This document shows positions 21,401 through 30,471 of a stretch of DNA of 32,255 bases, piece after piece; within the stretch, counting starts at the first letter, position 1; each line of letters begins with the position of its first letter. The notes beneath the pieces were generated by a model. The model was not told the DNA's origin and searched no databases. It worked only from the letters and a program-made list of their open reading frames with translations. A program made the position numbers and the translations under genes. This stretch comes from Sminthopsis crassicaudata (lineage: Eukaryota): assembly GCF_048593235.1 (NCBI RefSeq), contig NC_133619.1, forward strand, positions 3,114,454 to 3,146,708, in the 5' to 3' direction.

Positions 21401-24400
21401 ATGTGCCTTTAAGCCCCATATCTAAATGATGTCTCAGATCTGTGACTGTTCTTTAGCATTGCTCGAGCCTGGTAATGTGCAGTGTAAGCTCTTTAACTTG
21501 GCACAGAATAGCAATAAATCCATATTACCGTCATTCAGAAACAGGCTTGAAGACCCTTGAAAGGCCAGCAATATTTATTGCCCCCATCTTGCGTCCTTAC
21601 AGTGTCTTCTACCCCCCTTTCCCCAATGGCTTCTGACCTCATTGTTCACTTTATGCTACGAGAGCTGTCAGGGAATGGGGGATACGTGACTAGAGAAGGA
21701 GGGTGGCCCATAGGGGCTGAGGGGGAACTTATGGAGGCCCTATTGGCCCCTGTGAAACGTCAGGCCTAAAGGAAGGCCCGTGGGCTCACTGGGTGAAACA
21801 AAGACAAGACCACCCTGGAGAGGAAGTGGGAGGTGACCTTCACCAATAATGGGATGGAACCCAGATCCAGTGAAGCGTCGAGGCAAAGGCTATGGCGTAC
21901 CCCGAGAATAATCTTTGAGACTGCGAGGACTGGCCTGAGCAGGTGGTCCTAATGCCTCTGGGCGGATGTTTCACGCTCTGCTGTGTCCAGAAAACAAGAA
22001 CGGCTCGCAGCGGCGGCTCACCTTCTGGGCTTAATGGCTCTGAGCTGAGCTGGGTACATCCTTAAAAGGCAGTTTTAGCATCTCAGTGGGCCTGTGTGTA
22101 AAGGCTCTCTGGGGTGGGGTTTGGACCTGGGAGAGCTGGGCTTCCAGGATTACCCCCACCCATCATGTGGTCTAAGAGGAGGACTTCCGTGGAAGCCTAG
22201 TAAGCTATTTGTCCTTGAGGCAAATAGAAAAATCTCCCCTGTAATCCCCCCAAAGAAAGCAAAATCTCTCCAAAGCAGAAAACATGAAAGCTTAATGCAT
22301 CGAGAGAATCTCATTTTCTTTAGTTGTTTGTTTTGCTTTCATCACAGATCTTGTGCCGGCTGCAGCAGCAGGTTCTTTTGTGTTATAAAGAGTCGGGCCT
22401 GGCTGGGGCGTTCTGATCAGCCCATGGTTCTAGGGGCCTTTAAATCTCTTCCCTCTTTGGATCCTGCCATGCTGCCCATGTTATTAGGCCCATGTAGGGC
22501 AGCTGCCTTTGCCCTGCTATTCTTCCGCCACCCCCCATTGAAGACCAAAGCCCATTCACCCACCTTCTGGGTGCCTTGCTGGTCCTCCAAGCTCAGCCTG
22601 AAGTTCTGCTGACACATTTGGACTAAATGTTTGGGAACCAGATGGGAAACCATCTTACAAAGAAACAAAACAAACACTCTGCAGACTAGCTTTAGATGAT
22701 GATGAATGGCCATTATCATTGGCCATTCATCTCTACGCAGGTCTCAGTGAACTTTGTTCGCTGAATTTCTGTTTCTTTTTAATTACTAACTACTAGACCT
22801 GGCTTCGGTATAATGCAGGTTCCTCAGCCTATGGAAATGCTGGGGCCGGTCCCCAGAACAGCTCTTGTCCCTACACTTAGATCTGCCCTCTCCTGGCTGG
22901 TTAGTGTCCGCCATGGTGGATCCGGTCACTTCTAGGGGAGGTGACGTCTGCTTTACGTGCATTCTTCTTCAAAACACGGAAGCTAATGCCAACTCTGATT
23001 CTTACAGACGGGGACGCTGACGGAAGACGGCCTTGATCTCTGGGGAGCGGTTCCCGTGATGGGAAGCTGGTAGGTGTCTCGACTCGTAAGTGCGTTTGTC
23101 TCTGCTGGGTTTGTGCAGGGTGCTGATTGAATCTCACGTGGATCCCAGGCTGAGCACCTTCCAGGAATTCTAGCCTCCTCCTTAAATTAAGGAATTGGAA
23201 AGGACGTGGGAAAAGTGGGCAATTAACCTCCAGGGAGAACATTGATCAGACGTGACAGAGGGGCATCCCAAGGAGGAGAAAGGGGACAAAAGGGAACACA
23301 AGGAACCAACTTGGAAGAGTTCTTCAGTTAGGGGGAAAAGTACAGGCTCAAATGCTTACTTGGCTGAGTCTGTTTGTAGGATTCACTTCCACAGATGCAA
23401 TAGCACGGTCGCTAGTGTTCTCCCCATGGAACTCTTCCACAGGTCATGGCTGGGTGGACACCTTCTCTGCTCAAGGAAGGTCGTTATTCCTGGATCCCTC
23501 AGCCCACTGTCTGCCCTCCTAATCTGGATACAAGTGTGGGCCACCGTGATTCATGCATGTGCCAAGGGCAGGAGGCTGTTCTGAGAATGTTGGGCTGCTG
23601 AGGCTTTGAGGAGAGGGTTGAACAATGCAAGAGTCAGCGAGGGCAGACCTGGCCGGCTTGCTCATTTTGCTTGGTGATCATGTGGAAGTCAGAGCTGGGG
23701 CAGGCCCTTGTGGGCTCTGAAGAACCATTCCCATATGTAGTATGCCCTTCCTTGACTTAGCTAAATAGTGGAGTCTGTAGATTGAGCTCCAACTTGCCCT
23801 GTCTTCTAAATCCAGCGTTATATGAAGTAGGAAGAGCTCTTAAGAAATCAGAGTGAGGAAGAATAAGAAAGAGNNNNNNNNNNNNNNNNNNNNNNNNNNN
23901 NNNNNNNNNNNNNNNNNNNNNNNNNNNNNNNNNNNNNNNNNNNNNNNNNNNNNNNNNNNNNNNNNNNNNNNNNNNNNNNNNNNNNNNNNNNNNNNNNNNN
24001 NNNNNNTAATTATCCCCCAAAGCAAACCAAAGAATATCAGTAGCTATGGACTCTTGTAATCTATGGACTTTACAAAATCTTGATGAGAATGATCGCCACG
24101 TGGATCTAGGGTAACCTTGAAGCCCATGAGAAAGGAACAGGAAGATATTGGCAAACAATTCTGCATAGAACATGTCAAAACACTGAAAGACAGATGCAGA
24201 AAACATAAGAACCTTCTGTGGTTATTGTTACTTATGGAGGGGGGCTTTGAGACGGTAGGACCCCATGAGATGCTGACTAAGAATGGTGAGACACCATGAC
24301 TCAGTCCATACAGAGCTGTTGGAGGAAGGAGAATGCTCATCAATGTTATTTTCCCTGTTGTGGAGAATGTACTACATAGGGACCCAAGGGGAGAGAGTTT

Positions 24401-27400
24401 CCATAGAGATGAGGAAGGGTCCCATAGGAGCTTAGTACAGACGATACTGTGGTGATTTCATCCATCTCCAGAACACGGCGATGTCTCCTTACGAGATCTC
24501 TGGCTATGCAAATAAGAGCAACTTAACCATCCACACAGAAAAAAAAAATAGATGAAAGATGCTCATAGTGGGGCCCGTGATATCAAAGCAAATAGAAACT
24601 GGGCCATTGATCCTCTGCCTAGCTATTGATTTAGAAAACCACACATGAAAATCATCTTTATTCCATTGCATTTTCATTTATTTTGTTAAATGTTTCCTAC
24701 TTACAGTTCGATTTGATTCTGGAGAGGAAGCCAGGCACGTGTTTGACAGCTCTGGCTTAAACTGTGACAGGCCATTGGACAGAGAGTCCACCCAATGGTT
24801 ACATCACAGTTCTATTTGGACAGACATGGCAGATGATGAATCATGAGCTGGGCCCAAAATTAAATAGGAGCACAATTCCTTATCACACTCTAATTGGGAA
24901 GCACACGGCATTTTCAAGGATCTAAGTACAACAGCTCATGTTTTATGTATTTCTTTTCAACACAAATCCATTTCTAGCTGTGACGAATGGTTGGGGTCCT
25001 GGATGATCACCGTCTCCCAAGGGTTGAGGTTGGGAAATGGCAAGATGCCTTGTAGGGCACAAGATGGCAGCAGTGTACGCCCCGTGATGACTTACAAAGA
25101 AGTAGCAGCAGGGAGGTCATAGAGGACACATATGACTCCAAGGTGCTGGACAGAGGTACCGTGAAGGAGTTAGGACGAATGCGGACCATGTGGGCTGAAT
25201 GGGTGCGGCCAGATTACACCCACAGGGATGAGGTCCAGTCTCCTTAATTCAGGGATGTCCTAAAGAGGTCTCAAAGCAGATAGGGCAGCGTTGTTTACCA
25301 TTCATGTCTCCAGCTACTGGAGAGTTTACATGTTTACAATTTCTTATTTCCTTTTCAAAAAGGATCTGCTCCTTTCCTTTTGCTTCTTGTCAGTTGGGGG
25401 CCGGTTTCTTTCTAAAATCCTCAGGTTTTAGCAGACAGTGTTCTACTAAGCAAAAATATGGGTTTTTCCCATAAGGCTGTGGGGCCACCTTGTTCTGGCA
25501 GGCTCAGGCTGCTTACTTTTATCAGAGCTATTTTTATGAGACTTTGTGGGTCGTCTACATCCAGGGCTTGCTCTGACAGGACCTCATGCAATCTGACAAT
25601 TATGCTAGCTGGATCGCGTAAGATGCAGCGCTCCGAAAAAACAAAGAAAGCATCTGCTTTTTGTCCCTCCCGTGATTTCGTGTTGGGGACTCCTCTTGTG
25701 GAGTTTTGGAGTTATCTGGGACACACGAAGTTGGAGTTTTACCCAGCTCCACCTTGGAGTTTTGGAGTTATCCAGGACACATGAAGGAACCTGCCCAAGC
25801 TCCCATAGCCAGTAAGGATCAGAACACGTGCCTTCCTGACTCTATTCAATTTTCTGTGCTTTTGTTCTATATTTTGCTTTGTGGGGAAAGTAATGATAAT
25901 AAATAATAATGTGGACTCCCATTTCTACTGGTCTTTAAGGTAGATAGAGGGCCTCTTCCTGAGAAGTGGGGCAAATAGTGGAATTATTCCTATCCCACAG
26001 CAGAGGGCCCTCAGACTCAGGATGCTGTTTGCCCCATTCCATGTCTGCGGACAGTAAGCAACAAAGGCTAGGGTTTGTCCCAAGCTCATTGTTCTCCAAC
26101 TCATGGCCTCTGTCAGTTTCCAGAAGGTCCACAGCTTCACTTCTGGCAGCGCTCTGCCCTGGGGACCCCTCTGTGGAGCCATGGCCAGCTGCCACTCCCT
26201 CATCGTTCTGGACGGGACCATCCAAGGAGACCCTCTGGATGTCAAAATGTTCGAAGGCACCAGCTGGGTAAGGTCAGGTTCTCTTCTACATGATTTATCC
26301 CTTCTGAAGAAGACTAGCCATTTTCCCCACAAATTCAATGGATATTTATTGAGTAATTTCTGCAAACTGCCTGCTCAGACTTAGGCTAGGTACTGGGATA
26401 CAAAACGTCCCCAGTGGCACTGGTCTGCCCTCCATAAGCTGATCCATTCCCGGGAAAAACTATAGTATGAAACAAGTAGTCACAAGGCGGAGCGTGGTGG
26501 GGAGGGACTCCAAACAAGTACATTTAGAAAATTTAGGAACAAGAGCATGTTTTTAGTGGATGGGAGAGGGGAGAGAGAAAGGTAGAGGGAGGCAGAGACA
26601 GGGAAGCCAAAGGTAGAACGGCCTGGACTAGCACCTCATCTCCTTGGATGAACATCCTCTCCTTGTGGTCTCTCAGAAGGGCTTGGAGAGCAGTCAGTCA
26701 GTCAGTCAGCAAGCACTTTTTTAATTCTTGCCCAACACCTTGCTAAAGGATGGAGTTACAAAAAACCAGTGAGAAAGAGAAACTTTGATAATTACTCTGA
26801 GGAATATGGCGGACCTTCCCAAGACCTACCCACTTTGGAGAGACATAGCCAACCAAAAAGCTTGTAGTAAACTCAAGGTCTTCCACGGAGGGAGAGAAAA
26901 GCAGACACTGGGTCCTCAGAACAGCTTTTCATTCCCCTTTAGCTTTGTGCAAGTTGGCAGTGAGTGGTAAGTAAAAGGTTGGACTTTTAAGTCCCTCAGC
27001 CTGCTCCCTTTACTCACTGGCTACAGGACAACAGCCTTTGACGCCACTGAGGCTGACGTGTGTCTTAAGGCAACTGAACTACCAGAGGCAGTGTGGATAC
27101 AGGCTGGATGTGCAGTCAGGAGGACCTGGGTTCAAATTCTGCCTCAGTCACTCACTAGGGGAGCCTGGATAAGTCACTTAGACTCTCTGTATCTCAGTGC
27201 CTTCATCTATAAAATGAGAGGCTCAGACTCAACGATTTTTTGGACTCTTTCCAGCTCTAAATTTATGATCCTATGAGTTTTCCCAGGAGACTTTCCCAGC
27301 ATCCTTATTTCACCACATACTCCAACCCCAATAAAAGGAAACTTGGTGATCCTTCTTGGATGCATCAAATGTAAATTGAATGAACCTTGATTTGCCTCAA

Positions 27401-29433
27401 GTGTAAGGGTTTTCCCCATTGTGAATGTCAGCCAGGCTTTGTGATTGACATTAAGCTCTGAGGTCTCATGACCGAAGTCCTGGTGACCGTTTAACTGAAC
27501 GTGCTTCTTTCCTTAACGTTTGCCTCATGGCGATTGCATTGTCTAAATTACTGAGAGGGTTCCTGTAGGACCTTTCTCTGGGCCATAATGGCTGTGAATT
27601 TCCTAAAAAACCTAAATGTTTTCCAGCATGCTTTTGATTTTCTGAGATTTGTGACCCACTGATGATCTAACAGGGTCGACCAAGTCATGAAGAAATCTTC
27701 CCTAGATGCCCCGAAGTCTCATTTTGCAGAATAGAAAACTAAGATAACCCAAGGAAAATAAGTGATTAATTTATTGCTCTAGAGCTAAAAGTGGCCTGAA
27801 AGATCATTCTACAGATGAGGAAACTGAGGTCCAGAAAGAGGAAAAGCCTTGCCCATAAGCACATAGATAGCCATAGACAAGATTTGGATTCAGCTCTTAG
27901 GATTCAAAGTTCAATCTCTCTCAGGTCCATGGTAAGTGATAAGATCTACATTTGCACCCAGGTCCCCGATGCTCATCTTTCTCATCACAAGATTTCATGG
28001 GGAATTTAGGGTTAGGCTTCCCTTAGGTAATGTCTCCACTATCAAACTAAACTGGAGATGCTTTGAAGGATCTGACGGCACCCTGAAAAAAGTTTCACAA
28101 TGTCTTCAAACAGGTCATTGAAGATTCCTCTGTGGATCCCAGTGATTCTGGGATTCCAGCTTCCAGCATAATCATTAAGCCGGGCCCCGGAGCAAGCCAA
28201 GTAAGAATTGCCCTTATACTAACAGGACCAGCTCCTTAGAATGTGTGACATTTCAAGGATTCTCCTTCCCATCAGACCCAGCTCCTTTCTTAGCCTTCAG
28301 TGCTTGCTGCCTCAGGGGAAGCCTGAAAAAACAAAAACAAATCTTTTTTGCAATGACTGTGTGATTGGATGTGCTATTATGGACATGGCCTTATCCTCAG
28401 GTTCTAAGATGATGACAGATCCTCTTTACTTTTATTTACAGTGGGGGATGAGTTTAGCATTCCCTTTTAGAGTGACCAGGGTCTGTGGCTCTGTGGATTA
28501 CAGGAACACAAAGCTTTTAGATCTTATCCAGACATAAGGACAAACTTTATTTATTATCGGAAATTCTCTTCCAATTCATCCTTAGGGAGTGTGGCTGGAT
28601 AACAGTTTGAATAAAAGAGATCTGGGGAATTAGTGGACCAAGGTCTTATTATCATTAATGGTAGGATGTGTGGTTGTTAACCAAAAATGTCCAGGTGATT
28701 TTGTGCTGTGTTAAGAAGAGTAGAGCATTCAGAAATGAGGAGGCAACAGCCCCCGTCCTCTGCCCTGGTCCCTGTCTATATGGAGGTTTTGGGCAGTTCC
28801 GGGCAACATAAAAGAGACATAGAAACACTGGTGAACGTCCAGAGACAAAGTTGGGATGGAAGGAGCCATATGAACATCAGTGAAAGATGTTGAACCTGGA
28901 GAAGAGAAGCCTCGGGGAGACAGAGGAGGTCTCCTAAATATTTAAAGGGCCGCTACAGGGAGGAAAGGTTCACTTGGTCTTCTAGGCCCCAGAGGGCCTG
29001 ACTAAGAGTCATAGGGAGAAGCTGCAGAGAGGCAGATTTAAGCTTCATGCCAGGGAAAAACTTGCCCTTAATGGCCATTGTCCAGAAGAGGATGGACCAC
29101 CTCTGCCAGTATAACTTTTACTTAAGGTCTTTAAGCAGAGGAGAGAGTCATTTGTCAGGAGAGTCATGTATAGATGTCTTGTCCGGATCCAAACTAGACC
29201 AGGTGCCCCCCCCCCAAGTTCTTTCTAATTTTGTGATGCTGTGACTTAACACCGTTCCTTTCTGGTGTATCCCCAGACTCCAGCAAAAGCAATCGCCATT
29301 TTGCATCAGTTTCCATTCTCTTCTGGCCTGCAGAGGATGTCAGTGATTACCCAAGAGATCGGCAAAGACCACTTTGACGCATACATGAAGGGAGCCCCAG
29401 AGATGGTCGCCAGTTTCTGCAGGCCAGAAACAG
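3340..29433 (+). CDS. ATP13A5: P5B-type P-type ATPase ATP13A5, partial multi-exon CDS: join(3340..3412,5834..5962,12196..12366,16673..16830,18298..18486,23008..23069,26117..26267,28114..28200,29277..29433); 5'- and 3'-incomplete
   Basis: Nine GT-AG exons join with matching phases (ends 1,1,1,0,0,2,0,0,1) into 1177 nt with no stop. Motifs: LVPGD, LTGES (A domain), PPVLPAA (TM4, P5B type), FDKTGTLT (phospho-Asp), [34 protein letters not shown] and the exon [13 protein letters not shown] match recalled ATP13A5 better than ATP13A2/3/4. Confidence 0.9.
3608..3700. repeat. (TC)/(TCC)-rich pyrimidine simple repeat
   Basis: Direct reading: tcttctctctctgtctctttctatctgtctctatccctctctctcttctctccttcttctccctccctcc. 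Confidence 0.8.
4021..5080. repeat. 30-bp minisatellite, consensus ATGGTGCTGGTGATAGTAGTAG(T/C)AGTAACC; 35 units (33x30 bp + 2x27 bp) from 4037, plus a partial unit at 4021-4036
   Basis: Units counted from the sequence and from the decapeptide MVLVIVV(A/V)VT in ORF 3977..5149. The 27-bp units start at 4337 and 4934. Confidence 0.97.
5101..5165 (-). mobile_element. MIR/Ther-type SINE 3' end
   Basis: tgtgccaggcactgtgctaagtgctttacaattattatc is the recalled antisense 3' end of MIR-family SINEs. Confidence 0.7.
5250..5760 (-). mobile_element. LINE-2 fragment
   Basis: Recalled antisense L2 landmarks: agagggagaagaaaagaggacccaggac, gtagatggcttttctaggagttttt, ggtaacttgggagagagc. Confidence 0.7.
5834..5962 (+). 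CDS. ATP13A5: ATP13A5 exon (129 nt, phase 1 to 1): (G)[42 protein letters not shown](G)
   Basis: Acceptor ttattgcccAG ends at 5833, donor GTaccg at 5963. A-domain LVPGD and NEGMLTG motifs. Confidence 0.95.
7495..7610 (-). mobile_element. LINE-2 3' terminal fragment
   Basis: gccaggcatcttgctaagtgcaggggatata...gacagtccctggccttagagagcttgccatctaatgggg matches the recalled antisense L2 end. Confidence 0.7.
7950..8458 (+). mobile_element. Solo LTR (509 bp), probably ERV1/class I
   Basis: Begins TGT (7950), ends ACA (8458), flanked by a 4-bp direct repeat ATTC (7946-7949 and 8459-8462). TATATAA at 8329-8335. No PBS or internal retroviral ORF next to it. Confidence 0.72.
8485..8560 (+). mobile_element. 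LINE-2 3' terminal fragment
   Basis: tagaatgtagctccttgaggtcagg...tttgatcccc matches the recalled L2 terminus (tagaatgtaagctccttgagggcagg). Confidence 0.6.
8666..8777. repeat. Tandem repeat, 4 x 28 bp: GGCTACRYGGAGGCGGCCTCCGRT(C/T)CT(C/T)
   Basis: Units start at 8666, 8694, 8722 and 8750; each contains the inverted repeat GGAGG-CGG-CCTCC. Confidence 0.95.
8832..8976 (+). mobile_element. MIR/CORE-SINE
   Basis: tRNA-like head ggcagctggtagcacagtggttagagc and CORE motif gcctcagttt...ctgtaaaatgg. Confidence 0.75.
11240..11302 (-). mobile_element. MIR fragment
   Basis: cccattttgcagatgagcaagtgaggctgaga is the antisense CORE motif. Confidence 0.65.
12196..12366 (+). CDS. ATP13A5: ATP13A5 exon (171 nt, phase 1 to 1): (G)[56 protein letters not shown](G)
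   Basis: Acceptor ctccccAG ends at 12195, donor GTgagt at 12367. Completes TGES; contains HVLFCGT. Confidence 0.95.
12891..13067 (+). mobile_element. MIR SINE
   Basis: gcctcagacact...agctgtgtgaccctgg...gcctcagtatcc...ctataaagtgggaataataatag, then a MIR-type 3' part. Confidence 0.75.
13361..13606 (+). mobile_element. CORE-SINE with RTE/Bov-B-like tail (Mar-1-like marsupial family)
   Basis: B-box gagttcaaatccagc, CORE gcctcagtttcctcatctgtaaaatgagctggagaaggaaatg, RTE-like tail tctttgccaagaaaa...gagtgggacaaaactgaaatgagtgaac. Confidence 0.8.
13760..14195. repeat. Alternating purine-pyrimidine (TA/CA/TG) low-complexity region with embedded inverted repeats
   Basis: Direct reading: acatacacacgcac, gtgtatgtatgtatat, tatatatgcatacagatgcatatata, gtgtgtgtgtgt. 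Confidence 0.75.
14196..15450. repeat. Compound (ATCC/ATCT)n microsatellite with a 55-bp higher-order unit and repeated blocks of about 80 bp
   Basis: ctctatccatctaat recurs at 14501, 14556 and 14611 (period 55). Block atgcattcatct...tttgtccatctatatttatcta at 14956, 15150 and 15272, with a diverged copy near 14242. Confidence 0.95.
16673..16830 (+). CDS. ATP13A5: ATP13A5 exon (158 nt, phase 1 to 0): (G)[52 protein letters not shown]
   Basis: Acceptor cttatttAG ends at 16672, donor GTgagt at 16831. [13 protein letters not shown] motif followed by hydrophobic TM3. Confidence 0.95.
17427..17472. repeat. Near-perfect 46-bp palindrome (22-bp arms, 2-nt spacer, 1 mismatch)
   Basis: gaggcagaattagactctaatt-ag-aattagagtttaattctgcctc; arm 2 reverse-complements to gaggcagaattaaactctaatt (21/22). 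Confidence 0.92.
18298..18486 (+). CDS. ATP13A5: ATP13A5 exon (189 nt, phase 0 to 0): [63 protein letters not shown]
   Basis: Acceptor ttccccttcAG ends at 18297, donor GTaagg at 18487. TM4 PPVLPAA and the first half of DKTGT. Confidence 0.95.
18628..18735 (-). mobile_element. MIR fragment
   Basis: cccattgtagagatgaggagactgaggc...agtctcctgactccca. Confidence 0.65.
19005..19200. repeat. (AG/AC)-rich simple repeat
   Basis: gagagacacacagagagacagacacagagac...gagagagacagacagac. Confidence 0.85.
19290..19400 (+). mobile_element. MIR fragment
   Basis: gtgttcaaatcctgcctcagacaattacta...ctctgcctcagtttcc. Confidence 0.6.
20255..20365 (+). mobile_element. MIR3/Ther-2-like SINE fragment
   Basis: gcctcagtttcctccttgtacaatgagaggg...agatggtctcaaaaggtctccttcagctttaga (L3-like tail). 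Confidence 0.55.
20538..20772. repeat. (CA)/(TG)/(TA) compound microsatellite with the motif aatatgtacac at 20641, 20673, 20709 and 20752
   Basis: Direct reading. Confidence 0.9.
23008..23069 (+). CDS. ATP13A5: ATP13A5 exon (62 nt, phase 0 to 2): [20 protein letters not shown](C)
   Basis: Acceptor attcttacAG ends at 23007, donor GTaggt at 23070. Supplies TGTLT of DKTGTLT; its phase 2 end matches the next exon. Not in the ORF track. Confidence 0.93.
23815..24570 (+). mobile_element. Decayed RTE-clade LINE ORF fragment (RT region) spanning the assembly gap
   Basis: Broken frames give YEVGRALKK (23821-23847), [24 protein letters not shown] (ORF 24117..24299), [10 protein letters not shown] (24434-24463) and, after a frameshift, [17 protein letters not shown]. 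These are colinear with recalled RTE EVEMALKK / RREQAGF / ERCREY.IPLCLLFVDY.KAFDSV / FADDIVLI / GLTIHTGKTK. Confidence 0.72.
23874..24006. other. Assembly gap (133 N)
   Basis: Run of N. Confidence 1.
26117..26267 (+). CDS. ATP13A5: ATP13A5 exon (151 nt, phase 2 to 0): (C)[50 protein letters not shown]
   Basis: Acceptor ctctgtcAG ends at 26116, donor GTaagg at 26268. MASCHSL and GDPLD motifs of P5 ATPases. Confidence 0.95.
26330..26450 (-). mobile_element. LINE-2 3' terminal fragment
   Basis: attcaatggatatttattgag...ctaggtactgggatacaaaa...ctgccctccataagct. Confidence 0.55.
27085..27276 (+). mobile_element. MIR3/Ther-2-like SINE, near full length
   Basis: Head gaggcagtgtggatacag...aggaggacctgggttcaaattctgcc, CORE ctcagtgccttcatctataaaatgagagg, L3-type tail ctttccagctctaaatttatgatcctatga. 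Confidence 0.8.
27805..27920 (-). mobile_element. MIR fragment
   Basis: cattctacagatgaggaaactgaggtccagaaagagg...ttgccca. Confidence 0.7.
28114..28200 (+). CDS. ATP13A5: ATP13A5 exon (87 nt, phase 0 to 0): [29 protein letters not shown]
   Basis: Acceptor cttcaaacAG ends at 28113, donor GTaaga at 28201. IIKPGP matches the recalled variable N-domain loop of ATP13A5; phases fit both neighbours. Not in the ORF track. Confidence 0.85.
28590..29245 (+). mobile_element. L3/CR1 LINE 3' fragment
   Basis: Colinear with the recalled L3 consensus: agatctgggga, ctctgccctggtc, cgtccagag, aacctggagaagagaag, ggccccagagggc, gcagagaggcagatttaagcttc, terminal tgtgatgctgtga. Confidence 0.8.
29277..29433 (+). 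CDS. ATP13A5: ATP13A5 exon (157 nt, phase 0 to 1): [52 protein letters not shown]
   Basis: Acceptor tatccccAG ends at 29276, donor GTatga at 29434. QFPFSS..QRMSV and nucleotide-binding KGAPE motifs. Confidence 0.95.
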
Positions 29434-29884
29434 GTATGAAACTGCAGAGTCGATGAGTTTACTTCTGTGTAGGCTAAGAAACCAACTCTTAAATAGCAAA
29501 CAAATCTAACTTAACGAATGTAATAAGGGAAGTTTAGAATGACAAATGCAAAATGTAGTTGGGCGGCCAAGGGAGCTTCTATGTATTACAGTAAATGAAG
29601 ACTTCATAAGGAATCGGTTTTCTGGGCCAATGCAGAACCTATTTGTTCTCACTCCAGTCTGACTAATATAAATACTCTTTGAAGAAAACAGGCCCTGATT
29701 TTCATTAAAAAAAATTGTTTGCATTCAAATGAGCTCATTTAGCTCAAATGCCAAGTTTCTATATATTTCTACCTCCATCCTCCTAGAATGATGATGGATG
29801 GGTTGTTGCTGTTTACATGGAAATTCTGATCAAACCCAAAGACATCTTCACTTTTTCTTTTCCGAGTCTATTTTATTTTATTTT

Positions 29885-30010
29885 AAGTTTAAATCAATGT
29901 CACAAGCATTTTTAAGTGCCTACTATGTGTAAAATATTGTGTAAAGTGCTGGGGGCAAAAAATTAAAAAAAATGAAAATGTTTTTCCTCTCAAGGTGGTT
30001 ACGTTCTCCT
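29885..30010 (-). mobile_element. LINE-2 3' terminal fragment
   Basis: caagcatttttaagtgcctactatgtg...aagtgctggggg...cctctcaagg. Confidence 0.7.
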
Positions 30011-30034
30011 GAGAGAAGATATATGTACAGAGAA

Positions 30035-30035
<1 letters not shown>

Positions 30036-30065
<30 letters not shown>

Positions 30066-30160
30066 TGCGGACACATGCGCACACACACTTGCACAGCACA
30101 TACACACATATATTCACATTCACATATATAGTATGCACATATATGTATGTGTGTGCGTCT
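30036..30160. repeat. (CA)n/(TA)n microsatellite
   Basis: acacacacacacacacacacacacatgcggacacatgcgcacacacac. Confidence 0.9.
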
Positions 30161-30471
30161 CTATCCATATATAAGCTAGTGAGAATGCCCTCTCTCACTT
30201 TAGGATCCCCACTTACTTTTTTTAGTCAACCAGAGGTCACAATTAGTTCCAAGCAAAGGCATTTAATGAACTAGATTGTTCTAGGGGGCAATCAAATGAA
30301 TGAATATCACACCAAATAACCATAGCAATGAGCTTAGGCAGTTTCAACCCTGAGATTTGAGGCTGAAACAACTTGATTTAAAGGTTAATAATGATCAAGA
30401 ACCCTCTGGCTTAGAATGAGAATGAATATGAGTCAGAACCGAACAAAAGGGAAGGGAAAAGGGTCAGTCTA

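Noticed and set aside
3340-29433. Assignment as ATP13A2, ATP13A3 or ATP13A4, or as a pseudogene
   Set aside because: [13 protein letters not shown] and TEDG favour ATP13A5 (ATP13A4 not fully excluded without a tree). There are no stops or frameshifts across nine exons.
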